This document shows, piece by piece, positions 51,288-64,000 of a stretch of DNA of 64,000 nucleotides. Each line of letters begins with the position of its first letter. Position 1 is the stretch's first letter. A program made the translations under genes and the position numbers. This stretch comes from Macrostomum lignano (lineage: Eukaryota): NCBI GenBank assembly GCA_002269645.1, contig NIVC01000152.1, positions 496,001 to 560,000 on the forward strand, in the 5' to 3' direction. The notes under the pieces were generated by a model, which made no database searches, was not told the DNA's origin, and worked only from the letters and a program-made list of their open reading frames with translations.

Positions 51288-51608
51288 AATAATAATCATA
51301 GTAATAATTGATTACACCTGCCCTAATTGGGCCAGATGTGCAACCCACAGCTCAGCCGCACCAATTGAGCGGCCCACCTGAAGGCTGCGTACGGCTGTTC
51401 AGTCCAAGGACTGGGGGGTCGCCACACACACCCTCAATTACCCCAGCTAATGCTGGCACCCATTTAACAGCTGGGTGAACTGAAGCAATGCAGAGTTAAG
51501 TGCCTTGCTCAAGGACACAAATTGTTCCAAGTGGGATCGGGAATCGAACCCCCGACCTTCAAGTCGTGAGTCCGACGCTCTAACCAGTAGGCTACAACTC
51601 CTTGGAGC
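51288..51608 (-). mobile_element. tRNA-derived CORE(MIR-like)-SINE, near full length
   Basis: Minus strand: A box TAGCCTACTGG, B box GGTTCGATTCC, then TGTGTCCTTGAGCAAGGCACTTAAC...CTTCAGTT...CTGTTAAATGGG resembling the CORE domain, then an AT-rich tail. Second copy at 58.3 kb. Confidence 0.8.
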
Positions 51609-52763
51609 GGACACAGAACACAGTGCTTTTACTACTGCTAACAATCAGCTACGTATTAAGAAAGCAAAAGTTGCATAACAAAAGCCGAGCTACTAACTGA
51701 GACAATTAGACCCTCAATTATGTGATTTCTCATCTTTACCGCATAGACTAGCAATTTTTGCGCACAAACTGGAGTCCTAAAGCGAGCCGTCTAATAATAA
51801 AATCGATAATAAAGAAAGAAGGATACAAAAAAGTGAGATAGGGTATAAAAAAGCACCGGATGTTTACGCCGTCATAGCTCAGGTAAAAACTGGCATTTCA
51901 GAGCCGGACACTTGGAGGGACGCTACAGACAGGGCCTGCGGGGTCTTTCAAGTTGGGGGCTGCAGTTGGGAGGAAATTAGATGCCTTCCATTCCCCCGGG
52001 GGGAGTCGCTAGGAAATGATCTGTTGCGCTACTGGCAAGAGGAGGCTGCTTAAAGGAGACGATAACTCCACGCACCCACTTACTCAGGTTGCTCTGAGCA
52101 CCTTTGATTATCGTTCTTAGAGGCAGGTAGCAGTTGCCTCGCCTAACCATCTTCTTCTCTTCTGCTTTCAATGATCTCCTGCTCTCACACTATTGCTGCT
52201 TCAGAAGCAGCCCGGGCAACGAAAGGAAGGAAGGAAGGAAGGAAGATGCTTCACTCCTGATCTCATAGAAGTGGCACCCTCACTCGTGAACTGGCCACCT
52301 GTGTGCCTTCTCGTGTATCCAGTATGTAGGGAAAATTAAAAAGCAACCGTTTCTGACTTTGTGGTAAATTGACTACAACTTGCTGCAACACTTAAATTTA
52401 TCCCATTCTTTGCCAGAAAAGATGTACTTTTCCCAGTGTAGTTAAACCCCTAACCGTAAAAACCAGATGCGGATATTAAAAAAGCAAGAAATTTTCTCCA
52501 AAAATTCGAGCAGCAACCTGCCATGCACAGACGCGTATTCGGCTGCAAAGGTCTCCTAAATAGCCACTCTTCAGACTGGGTAAAACAGACAGGGCCAAGA
52601 GCACTTGAACGGCAAGAAAATGAGAAGAGAAGACTAGATTTTAATAGAGAGAGAAAAAGAAGCGAAAGAAAAAGCCCAAACTCGAATAGGAAATTTGAAA
52701 ATCCCAATCTTCCCATACGGTTGCCACTACAGCGGCAGCAGTCACGGTCAGCCAGTCTGTTAC

Positions 52764-54191
52764 CTGGAAAAGCCGCTGGCTGATCAGGCCGACCTCCTCG
52801 GCGCCCAAATCCATCACGGAGGCGACAACGGCAGCGGTTGATGCGGCTATCATGTTTGGCGAAACAGTCGACATTGCTTGTCCCTGTTGATTTGCTGAAG
52901 GCTGCTGCTGTTGCTGCTGTGGCTGATGAAGCGACGGCGAAATCTGCTCGTAGTCGACGGGCATTGAGTTTGAAGCGGCAGCCGCCGCGGCGCCGGCAGA
53001 AGCGGCCGAATTGACGATGCCGTAGAGCAGCAGCGCGGTGTCCCTGGCTGACAGGTAGGCGCGGCGGGGACTCTGCGGCGCGCTGCTGCCGCTGTTGGCG
53101 CCGCTGCTGCAACAGCTGGCGCGGCTCTCAGCATCGGCTTCAGCGGCCGCGGAGACGTCGGCGCTAACAGAGACCGACGGCTGAGCGGGCGGCGGTCGGC
53201 GCTGAATAGACGAAGCCGTCAGGCTGGAATGCCTGGCCGGGGAGCCGCCGCTGGGCCGCCGGAGCTGCTCGCGACTGTCCGAGTAGCAGGCCGACAGCCG
53301 GTCCAGAGCGGCTCGGGGCACCCACCGGTGCGCCGGCGTCGAGGCAGCCGTGCCGACGGTGGGAGTTAAAGTGGTAGTGGCCGCCACCGCTGCCTCGGCC
53401 GCTGTGGACGCTGGCTCACGAATGGAAGGAGTCGGCGTCACCAGCGCCGCGGCGGTCGTTGCCGCTGCAGAGTCACCCCCGCACCGGCTGTGGTGCAAGG
53501 AGGACAGCATCAGCGGAGGCAGCGACTGAAACAGGGAATCGTCGACAGCCGATTGGCAGGGCGCCGCCGCGGCGCTGAAGATGTTTGGCTGGCTCTGATG
53601 GCAGGTGCACTGGTGCAGCAGGGGGCGCAGGGTGGAGCATAGATTGTCCCAGGAGGCTGCCACCGCCAACAACCGCTGATCTGGCGGGGGCGGCGGTGGC
53701 TGCTGTGGTGTCTGAGGAGGCGGCGCGGCGCTGCACGTGCAGGTGTATGCGAGGTTCTGCGGCGGCAGATGCGCCTGCGGCTGGTGCTGCTGGTAGCAGC
53801 CGCCGGCTCCGCTATGACAGGTGCAGGTCGATCCGGCGCCATTTGACGCAACTGAGTGCAGCGAGTTGGCCAGCGCGGTTGGCCAGACCACAGAGGCTGA
53901 GGCCAGCTGGGGACAGGCTGCGGGATAGTGCTGATCGGCAAACTGCTGTGGCGGAGGCGGCGGCGGCAGCTGCGAATGCTGCGCTGGGCAGGGCAGCTCA
54001 GCGGTGGCGGAGGCGGCCGAGGACTGTTGGGAAACTTTGACTGCACCGCAGGCTTCTAAGGAGATGCGGAGCGCTTCGGCCAGGCGGACCCAGTCTAACT
54101 CCGGCGGCTGTTGCTGGGCCTGCTGCTGCTGCTGCTGTGGTTGCTGCTGCTGCTGCTGATGATGGCACTGTTGGTCTCCGCGAAGGTCCAT
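52764..54191 (-). CDS. Candidate alternative first coding exon of CASK (476 codons, Q/P/A/S-rich)
   Basis: ATG at 54191 starts an uninterrupted GC-rich ORF. In-frame phase-0 donor TTC CAG|GTAACA at 52764/52763 is compatible with the phase-0 exon at 42996. Same strand as CASK, inside its 20.7-kb intron. Confidence 0.55.
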
Positions 54192-57100
54192 ATTATTATT
54201 ATTAGACCCAGAGAAGCAGACACAGAACGGCTAAACAGGTACTTGGCGGTGCCGGGTCAGTCGCGCCAGATGCCGGTGCCGGTAAGCTGACAGCGTCCGG
54301 GGTCCATTAATTATTCGGCCCCATCCACGCGACAGGGGAGGGTATAAGGAGGCCTGGGTCGGACCAGTGAGTATTGCTCTACAATTTTGGTGTCCGGTTT
54401 TCTCCGCTATCTGCTGGGAGGCGGCTGCGAGAATAGCTGCGCTGACGGGGGAGCAGCCAGTTGAGTAAAATACGGGGCAGTGGGATTGGACCGGACAGGT
54501 TAGGAGTTGTGCTCTGTTAAATTTTTAAATTGAACGAAGCTGAACTGCCAAGGAGGCGGAAAAGGGGAACGGGAAGGGAGAAGTAGAAGCGGAGCGGAGA
54601 GATGGCGGAGAGGTGGGGATCGCCTGTAGGCTGGGGATTAGCGGGCCGCCACCCCTCGGTGAGTTGGACCGGCGCTGCTTGTCGCTCGTTCTACGGCCGC
54701 CGCCCCCAGTAGTGTGTGGGAGCAGCGGCGGCCACTTGAGCACGGAACGGCTGTTGAGGGCGAATTTGCTCACCCCTTAGGTTGCGAGGATTAACGGGAG
54801 GCGGGGATAAGGGAGAAGCGGATGCCGGGACTGGACTGGGGGAATTCCGACAAATGGATGCGGTAGCGAGGCAGGAGGCGGGGTTTAAATTCTTCAGGCA
54901 GCTGGGACCAAAGGACGAGGCTACGGGGGTAAGAGAGTTGAAGAGTAGATTTCACGACAGGCCAGAGTGAAACAAGTGACTGTTAGGCAGGCCGGGAGCG
55001 CTGGAGAGTTTAAACTAAGAAAGCAATAAAGGAATAAGGAGAGGGGAAAAGACTAAGACCAAAGCGCGCTCACAAGGGCAGCTGGAGAAAAGTATAGGGC
55101 ATGGAAACGGCTGGGCCTCCCCACTCAACTCGCTATTTATATCGCCCCGCCCCTCACCCTCCTCTTTCTCTCTCTCCTATCATGCGTGTCTCCCGGACCC
55201 CTTCCTACTCCTCGTCTATGCCTAGATTCCTAGTTGCGCTGCGCAGGGCCAGGCGCGCTCTTTGCCTACTAGCAGAGAGTAGCTTTGGGTCGCATAGTTT
55301 GGAGGAGACGGGAGACTTCGAAAGAGAGAGGTAGGACAAACTGACAGCCAATAATCGCAAACGGCCTGCGCAAGGACGCGACGATAGGGCGTAGACTAAG
55401 TTAATCTGCAGGGGAAATCCGCAGCTGAAGGAACAGCTCGAAGAGCGAGGAAGGAGAAGGCGACTTAGGGGTAGACTGGGACTACCTCGGAATAGACGCA
55501 GGGGCAAGGCGAAGGAAGAAAACTGAAGCTGATTCGGAGGAGTGACAATCACGACATCGAGATTTGATGGGGAAGGTAGGTATGGATATAGGGCCAAGTG
55601 CATTGGGAAGCTCCTCGTTCTCATTATCCATTTCCAAGAATACGCTCATAGATAATAGCGATAAGCTCACCGCGACAATCATTAACTTTCGTGTTTGCAA
55701 GCTGCTTGCACGCACATCAATAAATGAGGACTACCCTCGACTGGTGAAGAACCACTTGGTTGTTACTCAGCAAGCTTGAAATTAATAATTATCGATTTAA
55801 TACATTTCCTTGTATCAATTTTGAAGTTGGATTCGCTGGCAAGTAGCTAGTAGGAAAGTGCTGCTAGGGTAACAACAACAGACAGATGGAAATGGGAAAT
55901 CGTTGGACGAGAAATGTCCATCGCAATGCGAAATCAATGCACGAAGGAAGCCAGCGAGACCTGCATGGAGCTAAATATAGTCGTCTAAGAGCGAAGCATA
56001 CAGGGTCATCTAAGCCCAACCAGCGGAGGCAGAGCGCGTGTGGCGTGTTCTTGTTTCGCGATGAAATGTAAATCAATAAACAATCGGGCAAAAATCCAGA
56101 CTGTGCTCGTGCGCAACACATTTCTGAGCCGGCCAGTAGCTCGGAATCTTATTAATTATTAATTATACTGACGCTTGTTTAACAGGCAGCTTACATGACC
56201 GGTAGAAAGGTTACAGAAACTAATACCTCTAGCGGAAGAAGAAACGTAAGCCTGTACTTCTTGTAGTACTAAATATTATTCTGTAGTTGACTTTCTACTG
56301 CGCACCGCTACCAAAAAGGCTTCGAAGGTAACACTTGGAGTTGAAAACCGATTTTCTCTTGCTTTAAGCTTTCAAGTTGCGAATTAACCAACATTGCACC
56401 AATAGTTTTTATGCTGCTTAATTACTGGTAGAAGCAGTAACGTAGCGCGTAATGAGCAGTTACCCGATGCCAGTGCGAAAGATGTGAACAACAAGAGTAA
56501 GCTTGCTTTTGCACTCGCGAGGATCTTACTCCGGGTGAATTTCAGCTATCCTTTCTGGGTCAACTAATTCCCAATCATACACGGCATACTCGTAAAAGAG
56601 CAATAACGCTTCTTCATTATCTATCAACTAGACGGACAATGAACAACGGATGTCCAAGTGATCGCGACATCTGGACGGTTAAACAATATCCGGGACGGGG
56701 TGTCTCTACAGCCACAGAATGCCGACAGTTTCCTGATTTACTCGTACCTTCGGAAATAAACTGAACTAGAAGGCATCGCTGGTCATCATCCTGAGTCTAG
56801 TTGCGTCTCCGCTCTGACAGAGTTAAATACATTCAAGTTTGACCATCTGACAGCTGCATTGAATACATTTCAAAAAATGCACGAATAATCCCAGGAAGCT
56901 GTAACACTCATATTTATATTTATACAGGTGTTTCGTTGAAGTATTCCAGAGATTCTAGAGAACCGATTCAAACGTCATAAGCACGTCTATACTAGCACTT
57001 GTCTGCATATGCGCCGATGGATTTAGCTTGCATTATTTTTTGTTGGCTCTACGAACCGTTTTTTAGCGGTGCGGTGCTGCGGAACTAGCATAGATTTTCG

Positions 57101-57489
57101 AGTCAGGAATAAAAAATATGCTCGCCTGGAAAAGAGTTCGCACACCACAAAATCCACAGCACTGGCACAGTGTTTGCAGCTAGCAACTCACTCGTGTATA
57201 TATAGGAGTATCGATGGCGAAGGCGAGTAACAACTTACTAGTTAGTTACAATGTGCACTCGAGTCACTTTTGAGACCCTCCGGCGACGGAAAACTTGATT
57301 GATTTATCCGAAACTAAGAGCTGAGAGAGTCCCGCCCACTCTCTTCCCTATCTCTCTCTCCCCGACTTCGGCACCGTCCAGCGAGGGGCAGCTTAGCTGA
57401 CATTCTGGCTAAAGGACAGCAACCACAAACTTTACTTGACTTCTTATATTGAAAGCGAGAAAGCTTTTCTAGGAAAGCTCAAACGTCCG

Positions 57490-57960
57490 ATTCCAGATTC
57501 CGAATTACAAATCCAGATCATGAATTCCAGATCCCGAATCACAAATCCAGATCATGGATTCCAGATCCCCAATTACAAATTCAGATCATGGATCCCACAT
57601 CCCGAATCACAAATCCAGATCATGGATCCCAGATCCCAAATCACAAATCCAGATCATGGGTCCCACATCTCGAATTACAAATCCAGATCATGGATCCCAG
57701 ATCCCAAATCACAAATCCAGATCATGGATCCCACATCCCAAATCACAAATCCAGATCATGGATCCCACATCCCGAATCACAAATCCAGATCATGGATCCC
57801 AGATCCCGAATCACAAATCCAGATCATGGATCCCACATCCCGAATCACAAATCCAGATCATGGATCCCAGATCCTTAATTACAAATCCAGATCATGGATC
57901 CCAGATCCCGAATCCCAAATCCAGATCATGGATCCCAGATCCCGAATCACAAATCCAGAT
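57490..57960. repeat. 34-bp minisatellite (AATCCAGATCATGGATCCCAGATCCCGAATCACA)
   Basis: Direct reading. Confidence 0.95.
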
Positions 57961-58251
57961 GATAGACCTTGTGGAACAGCAGGGGATATAGAGAGAAGCC
58001 AATGATACGCTGTTGCAGCCACTTGCGTGCCAGAACCTAGAAAGCGCAGCTGTCTGTCTGTGAGTCTTTACTCAAAAGAATTATAGATCAAAAATGGCAG
58101 CAGGCCATCTACACAAGCCCTGAAGAGAAGAAGTAGAAAAAAGTGCATATGTTTGATGCATAGTTCCAGTGGATAGCATTTTTACATCGATCCAAAGTTC
58201 CATGTTACAAGAGATATCAAATTTTTATTACTGACACAATTCTGGCAGATA

Positions 58252-58525
58252 AGAATAATATTAATAACAATAATTGATTACACCTGCCCTAATGACCAGA
58301 TGTGCAACCGACAGCTCAGCCGCAGCTATTGCACGGCACATCTGAAGGCTGCGTCCGGCTATTCAGTCCAAGGACTGGGGGGTCGCCACACACACCCTCA
58401 ATTACCCCAGCTAATGCTGGCACCCATTGCTCAAGGACACAAGTTGTTCCAGTGGGATCGGAAATCGAACCTCCGACCTTCAAGTCGTAAGTCCGACGCT
58501 CTAACCACTAGGCTACATCCTCCCC
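58252..58525 (-). mobile_element. Second copy of the CORE-like SINE with internal deletion
   Basis: Colinear with 51288-51608 but lacks about 43 nt between CACCCATT and GCTCAAGG. Confidence 0.85.
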
Positions 58526-58899
58526 TGTAGCAGCAATACACTACAGCCAATAAATCAAAGGGCATCAACTGCTGACTGAATTAAATCGCAACCCAAAATA
58601 ATCCTTGCTCACTTTATTACAAGGCTCTTCAATAAATCCGGTTTTGAAGAGAGCAAATACATAAAATTGGGAACAGCTGGACGCGCGCGTAGCAATTAAT
58701 TAATCCGCGGCCTCGACAGTTCTGCCATCCAAAGCATTTCCATCGGTGCGACACCCACTCCTGTGAGCAGCAACTCGGGACAAAAAACTGCTCTGGTCAT
58801 TCTCGCAAGGGCTGAACTAGATTGGCATTAGGAAATTGGACTGTAGTGTCCGTACGCCCGTAAATATGATCACAAATTGCAGATCCCAAATCCCGAATT

Positions 58900-59345
58900 T
58901 GAGAGCACAAGTTGGAGATCCCAAATCCCGATTCTGAGATCTGAGACTCCGAATTCCAGATCCGAAATCTGAGACTCCGAATTCCAGATCCGAAATCTGA
59001 GACTCCGAATTCCAGATCCGAAATCTGAGACTCCGAATTCCAGATCCGAAATCTGAGACTCCGAATTCCAGATCCGAAAACTAAGACTCCGAATTCCAGA
59101 TCCGAAATCTGAGATTCCGAATTCCAGATCCGAAATCTGAGATTCCGAATTTCAGATCCGAAATCTGAGACTCCGAATTCCAGATCCGAAATCTGAGACT
59201 CCGAATTCCAGATCCGAAATCTGAGACTCCGAATTCCAGATCCGAAATCTGAGACTTTGAATTCCAGATCCGAAAACTAAGACTCCGAATTCCAGATCCG
59301 AAATCTGAGATTCCGAATTCCAGATCCGAAATCTGAGACTCCAAA
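58900..59345. repeat. 28-bp minisatellite (GAGACTCCGAATTCCAGATCCGAAATCT)
   Basis: Direct reading. Confidence 0.96.
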
Positions 59346-59999
59346 ATACAGGAAAATTCCCGACAGATCAGTCTGAGCAGATGAAGCAGATTTTGCCAGC
59401 AGGAGTTTGAATAATCCAAACAGTCTAATCCGGACTTGGCCGTCACAGAACCGGGACAAAGATTGCAGCAGCAGAAATTCATCGCCAACAAATCCAGCAG
59501 CCAAATGCAGTTGGTTGTCAGCCAAGATCCAAAAGTAGAGAATAATGCTAATTAGATTTTCAATACGACACCAACGAGGTGAACTCGAATCGACGGGTAG
59601 AAACAAAAATATGCAAATGAGTCATGTGGGGTCTCAATATCCCCAGACTCCTCTGGGGTTTATGCGCGCGCTCCGATCGCCCATCGATCCCAAGAGGAAT
59701 GGGAGCAAAATCTAGTTGGTATGTATATAGAAAGGTCAACTAGAAATCAGCAGACGAATTGAAAACAGGTGCAAGACTTTCTGCGGCCCCGGCTCCAGAC
59801 AGCGTGTTTGCACCAAAGCATTAAAAAACGTTAAGGTAAACTCCTAGCAGCGAGGATCCGGCCACATAGGGAACCATTTGCCTGCTTGCTAGTTCCAATC
59901 CGATGGGGTGCTGGTAGCTGGCGGTAGGCAGAGAAAAAATTGCTGATTCATTCAAATCTGAGGAAGAATTTTGGCCTTAGGATCCCAACTCGCCTGAAA

Positions 60000-60545
60000 A
60001 ACCGAATTTAAGATCCCAGTTATCGAATCTGAGAATGCGAGTTTCCAATCTGAGAACCGAAATTCCACTTTGAGAACCGAAATTTCAATTTGACAACCGA
60101 AATTCCTATCTAAACACCGAATTCTGAGACTCCAATCTGACAACCGAAATTCCAATCTGAGAACAGAAATTCCTATCTGAAAATCGAATTTCCAATCTGA
60201 GAATCGAAATTCCAATCTGAAAACCAAATTTCCAATCCGAGAACCGAAATTCCCATTTGAGAACCGAATTTCCAATCCGAGAACCGAAATTCCTATCTGA
60301 AAATCGAATTTCCAATCTGAGAATCGAAATTCCAATCTGAAAACCGAATTTCCAATCCGAGAACCGAAATTCCAATTTGAGAACCGAATTTTCAATCCGA
60401 GAACCGAAATTCCAATTTGAAAATCTAAATTTCAATCTGAGAACCGAAATTCCAATCTGAGAACCGAAAGTCCAATCTGAAAACCGAAAGTCCAATCTGA
60501 GAACCAAAATTCCAATCTCAGAATCAAAATTCCAATCGGATAATC
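60000..60545. repeat. 20-bp minisatellite (GAGAACCGAAATTCCAATCT)
   Basis: Direct reading. Confidence 0.93.
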
Positions 60546-61234
60546 CGAACTCATAATGGATCTGAGAAGATAAGGATCGGTGTGAAATTCTAAATCATGG
60601 CACTAAATCATGGCAAGAATTATTAAGATGATGAATATGTTGATACGCGAGATGAGATCCCAATCTAGGGAAGAATTAGCTGGATCCCAGCGGGATGCCC
60701 GCAGCGACATTCTAAAGCCTTGAAAGAATAAAAATCTCATCAAATCCGGCCTGAGAATGCTATCAGACTCTGCTTTGATCAAAAAGATCTGAGACGTCAG
60801 TGGCTAGCAACAGATACATCCAAGGATTCTGGGGGGGGGGGGGGCAAGACGACACGGGAGCGGGGAAGAGATGACAGAGCGGATATAATAATTCCCAAAG
60901 TCGAAGCGGATCTCAAGACCGGTAGCAGCTGCATATTTGTGGCAAAAAACTGACTTGGGGCAGACTAAAGAGAATTATGATGATGAAGCTCAGAAGCTGA
61001 GACCGTATAACTGCATGACAGGGCGGGCGGCCGCAGGGAGGCGGCTACTAATACACAAGTCACGACAGCTTAATATTTGCCTAAGCCCCAGTCTGGCAGG
61101 AAAATTTGCTACCGCCCCAGATGGGAACACGGAAGAAGGGGGGGGGGGGGTCGGGCGACCGGGAGTCAGAATCGTTGCGAAAAAAGAATTGCTGCAGCAG
61201 CAGCAGCAGCAGCCGGTTCTTGAAACTTCTGCAG

Positions 61235-61580
61235 CCTCCGCCGGTCAAAGAGTTCTAGAACCTGGAGTGACAGCAAAACCATCCCCGATTTTCCAATTGG
61301 CCAAGGAGTTCTAGAACTAGCACTCTGGAGTGGCAGCTAAACCACCACCACCCCCGATTTTCTAATCGGCCAAGGAGTTCAAGAACTAGCACTCTGGAAT
61401 GGCAGCTAAACCACCACCACCTCCGATTTTCTAATCGGTTAAGAAGTTCAAGAACTAGCACTCTGGAGTGGCAGCTAAACCACCACCACCCCCGATTTTT
61501 TAATCGGCCAAGGAGTTCTAGAACTAGCACTCTGGAGCGGCAGCTAAACCACCACCACCCCCGATTTTCTAATCGGCCAA
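61235..61580. repeat. 69-bp tandem repeat, about 5 copies
   Basis: CCAAGG recurs at 61301 and 61370. Contains the GTTCTAGAAC palindrome and a CCGATT/AATCGG inverted repeat. Confidence 0.95.
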
Positions 61581-62919
61581 GGAGTTCTAGAACTAGCACT
61601 CTGGAGCGGCAGCTAAATCACCACCACCCCCGATTTTATTTCCAATCGAAGGTTTATTTAAGGCTAATTTTTCTTACTAAACTTGTATAAATATTGTTTT
61701 GTTAATCTCGCGTTATGCTTTTTTTGCAGCAACAAAAATCTCAGCTCGTTTTGGGTCCAGAATCTACATCCAAAGCTCCATGACTCAGCAACCTTCCCAG
61801 GGCCTTTGTTTCTCTACCCTTTATATAAATTCTCCTTCTCCTTGGGGTTTAGTCGCGATTCCGGAGCAAATTGATCGCATCAAGATAGGCCCGAAACCAA
61901 GCAAAGATGGAAGAAACGTGAATGGAAGAAAAATGGGAAAAGGCAGAGTGAGTGCATGCGCTTCAGTGCCTATTGGGCTAGAAAATATGACATCGATATT
62001 AATAAACCAACTCAGATCTATAGATCTGTCAAGCCTAATATAGACACGCTCGAATAGATATTGGCTAACATTAACTAATAGGCCGAGGGTAAAATCCATA
62101 TGCACATGCAGACAGCCTGGCCCAATTAGCTGGTACTTGAGTGAACTACTGGACTCGAATTTGTCAGTAGTCTCGACGCATTTGAGCTTGTATCACTAAA
62201 TTTAACTTAACCAAACCCATAAGGCATTGTATGTGTAGCCATAACGCTTGTGTGTGCCCAGGAATATTGTAATGTTACTAATATGGCAAGTAATAAAGCA
62301 ATAACAAAAATCGATAGCTACTACAAAATCCACTTCTCTGAGACTCATTCCAATGACTTTTCGACTTTAGCACCAAGTATGATTTTATCAATCATACATT
62401 CAGGTGACGGTTCAAGAAGCTTGAACAGTTAGACCTGCACAACCTTGAAGAAGAAGAACACACTGTACGCCACAATCAAATAGCAACACTGCACTTTCAG
62501 CCGCCCCCAACCCAAAAGGTTCAAAGACAGTATTGGAGAAAAGTCGATGACACTTTAGCTAAAGGCAAGACAAGAATAATTGGGAGTTGCAATGCAAATA
62601 AAGAGAATTTTTCAGACCAAATTAGAAGGTCAAAAACAGAGCAGCACGTCACAAAGGAGTAGCGAATCCTTAGCAGCATATCAACTCTCAGATATAGGGA
62701 GTCAATCAATAAGTTGTTAACAGCAGTGCTTAGCTGTTATTCATAATTGCAAGCATAAGAAACTATTGAATATAATATATACTGTATACTGAAAAGTTGT
62801 CGGGTGTACTTGAAAAACAATTCAAGCAAAGTGCTCTACTAGTAGTAGTATCCAGTAATAAAATAGTCATTCTGTATAAAAGACAAGATTTACAACTCTT
62901 TGATGACAATACTGGACTT

Positions 62920-63560
62920 ACAATATCAACCTACCAGTCTATCAATCTACCAGTCTATCAATCTATTAATCAACCTAGCAGTCTATTAGTCTATAAATCT
63001 ATTAGTCTATCAATCTATCAGTCCATCAATCTGTCTATCAGTCTATAAATACATTAGTCTATCAATCTATCTATAGATCTATCAGTCTATCAATCTATCA
63101 ATCGACCAGTCTATCAATCTATTAATCAACCTAGCAGTCTATTAGTCTATAAATCTATTAGTCTATCAATCTATCTATCCATCTATCTATCGATCTATCA
63201 GTCTATCAATCTATCAGTCCATCAATCTGTCTATCAGTCTATAAATACATTAGTCTATCAATCTATCTATAGATCTATCAGTCTATCAATCTATCAATCG
63301 ACCAGTCTATCAATCTATCAATCGACCAGTCTATCAATCTATCAATCGACCAGTCTATCAATCTATCAATCGACCAGTCTATCAATCTATCAATCGACCA
63401 GTCTATCAATCTATCAATCGACCAGTCTATCAATCTATCAATCGACCAGCCTATCAATCTATCAATCGACCAGTCTATGAATCTATCAATCTATCAATCT
63501 ACCAGTCTATCAATCTATCAATCGATCAGTCTATCAATCTAGTAATCTACCATCTACCAT
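62920..63560. repeat. CTATCAAT-based array grading into a 24-bp unit
   Basis: Direct reading. Confidence 0.93.
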
Positions 63561-63713
63561 TTGATTAAAAAACATTTAAGAAAAAATAGATGTTAGCATA
63601 ATAAACATCTGATAAAGAACTGATCGATCATAGTAGCAACAGTAGCAAAATACGCGCATATAACTACCAATCCAGCATGTACCAGCAAATTCGGGCACAA
63701 ACAATGAGCCTAC

Positions 63714-63832
63714 CTCCAGCAGGGAGAGCAGCGCGCAGTCCTCGAAGACGCCCTGCAGTAGGTCGCGATCCTGTTCGCTGCAATCGGTGAGGCACTGCAT
63801 GTCCTCCAGGCTGTCCAAGATGGTCGACACGG
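63714..63832 (-). CDS. CASK: CASK/lin-2 exon, first L27 domain (gene continues 5' beyond window)
   Basis: tttatcAG|CC GTG...CTG GAG|GTaggc. Peptide AVSTILDSLEDMQCLTDCSEQDRDLLQGVFEDCALLSLLE resembles recalled CASK [40 protein letters not shown]. Ends in phase 0. Confidence 0.92.
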
Positions 63833-64000
63833 CTGATAAAGAGTTAAGAGGATCAAATATTTGCAATTGCTGTAGACACTCACTAATCGGTAGCCTTATA
63901 TAATATCATTTTATTGCGTGCGAATACAAATGAAACTAATTGGCTCAAAAAATGTATGACAGAGTCGACAATAAAGGCAGAGATCATTAATTACAAAGCT

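Noticed and set aside
52920-52965. CTGATGA...GAAA...GTC on the + strand
   Set aside because: Stem II register is off by one, stem III is mismatched, and it is explained as antisense of coding sequence.
36273-54191. Both CASK exon a and the intronic ORF begin MDLRG
   Set aside because: Only five residues, with different codons and no further similarity. The ORF ATG has no adjacent acceptor, so it is treated as coincidence.
54530-56120. Similar purine-skewed, ORF-fragmented segment (also 46080-46560)
   Set aside because: No recognisable transposon motifs and no clear alignment to the 1.7-3.4 kb segment.

Overview
Eukaryotic (metazoan, invertebrate-like) genomic DNA. About a third of the window, estimated by eye at roughly 23 kb, is micro/minisatellite arrays, each with its own unit. 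GC-rich exons and repeat-filled introns resemble a free-living flatworm such as Macrostomum, but this is inference only. All genes found are on the minus strand. (1) The 3' part of a CASK/lin-2 MAGUK gene (L27-L27-PDZ-SH3-HOOK-GK), 33206 to beyond 63832, reconstructed exon by exon with GT-AG boundaries and consistent phases. It has two homologous, probably mutually exclusive exons for the last PDZ strand, a candidate 1.4-kb alternative first exon and an atypical HOOK region. (2) An alpha2-adrenergic-like aminergic GPCR with an uninterrupted ORF (22832-23953). (3) An unidentified multi-exon gene (~1464-15099) with two paralogous Gly-rich exons. Two tRNA-derived SINE families are present, one CORE/MIR-like, plus TA-to-TACATGTA insertions that look like Tc1/mariner excision footprints. 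Most long ORFs in the supplied track are translations of tandem repeats. No CRISPR array, rRNA or intact tRNA was seen. Vertebrate reference sequences are quoted from memory and no database search was run.
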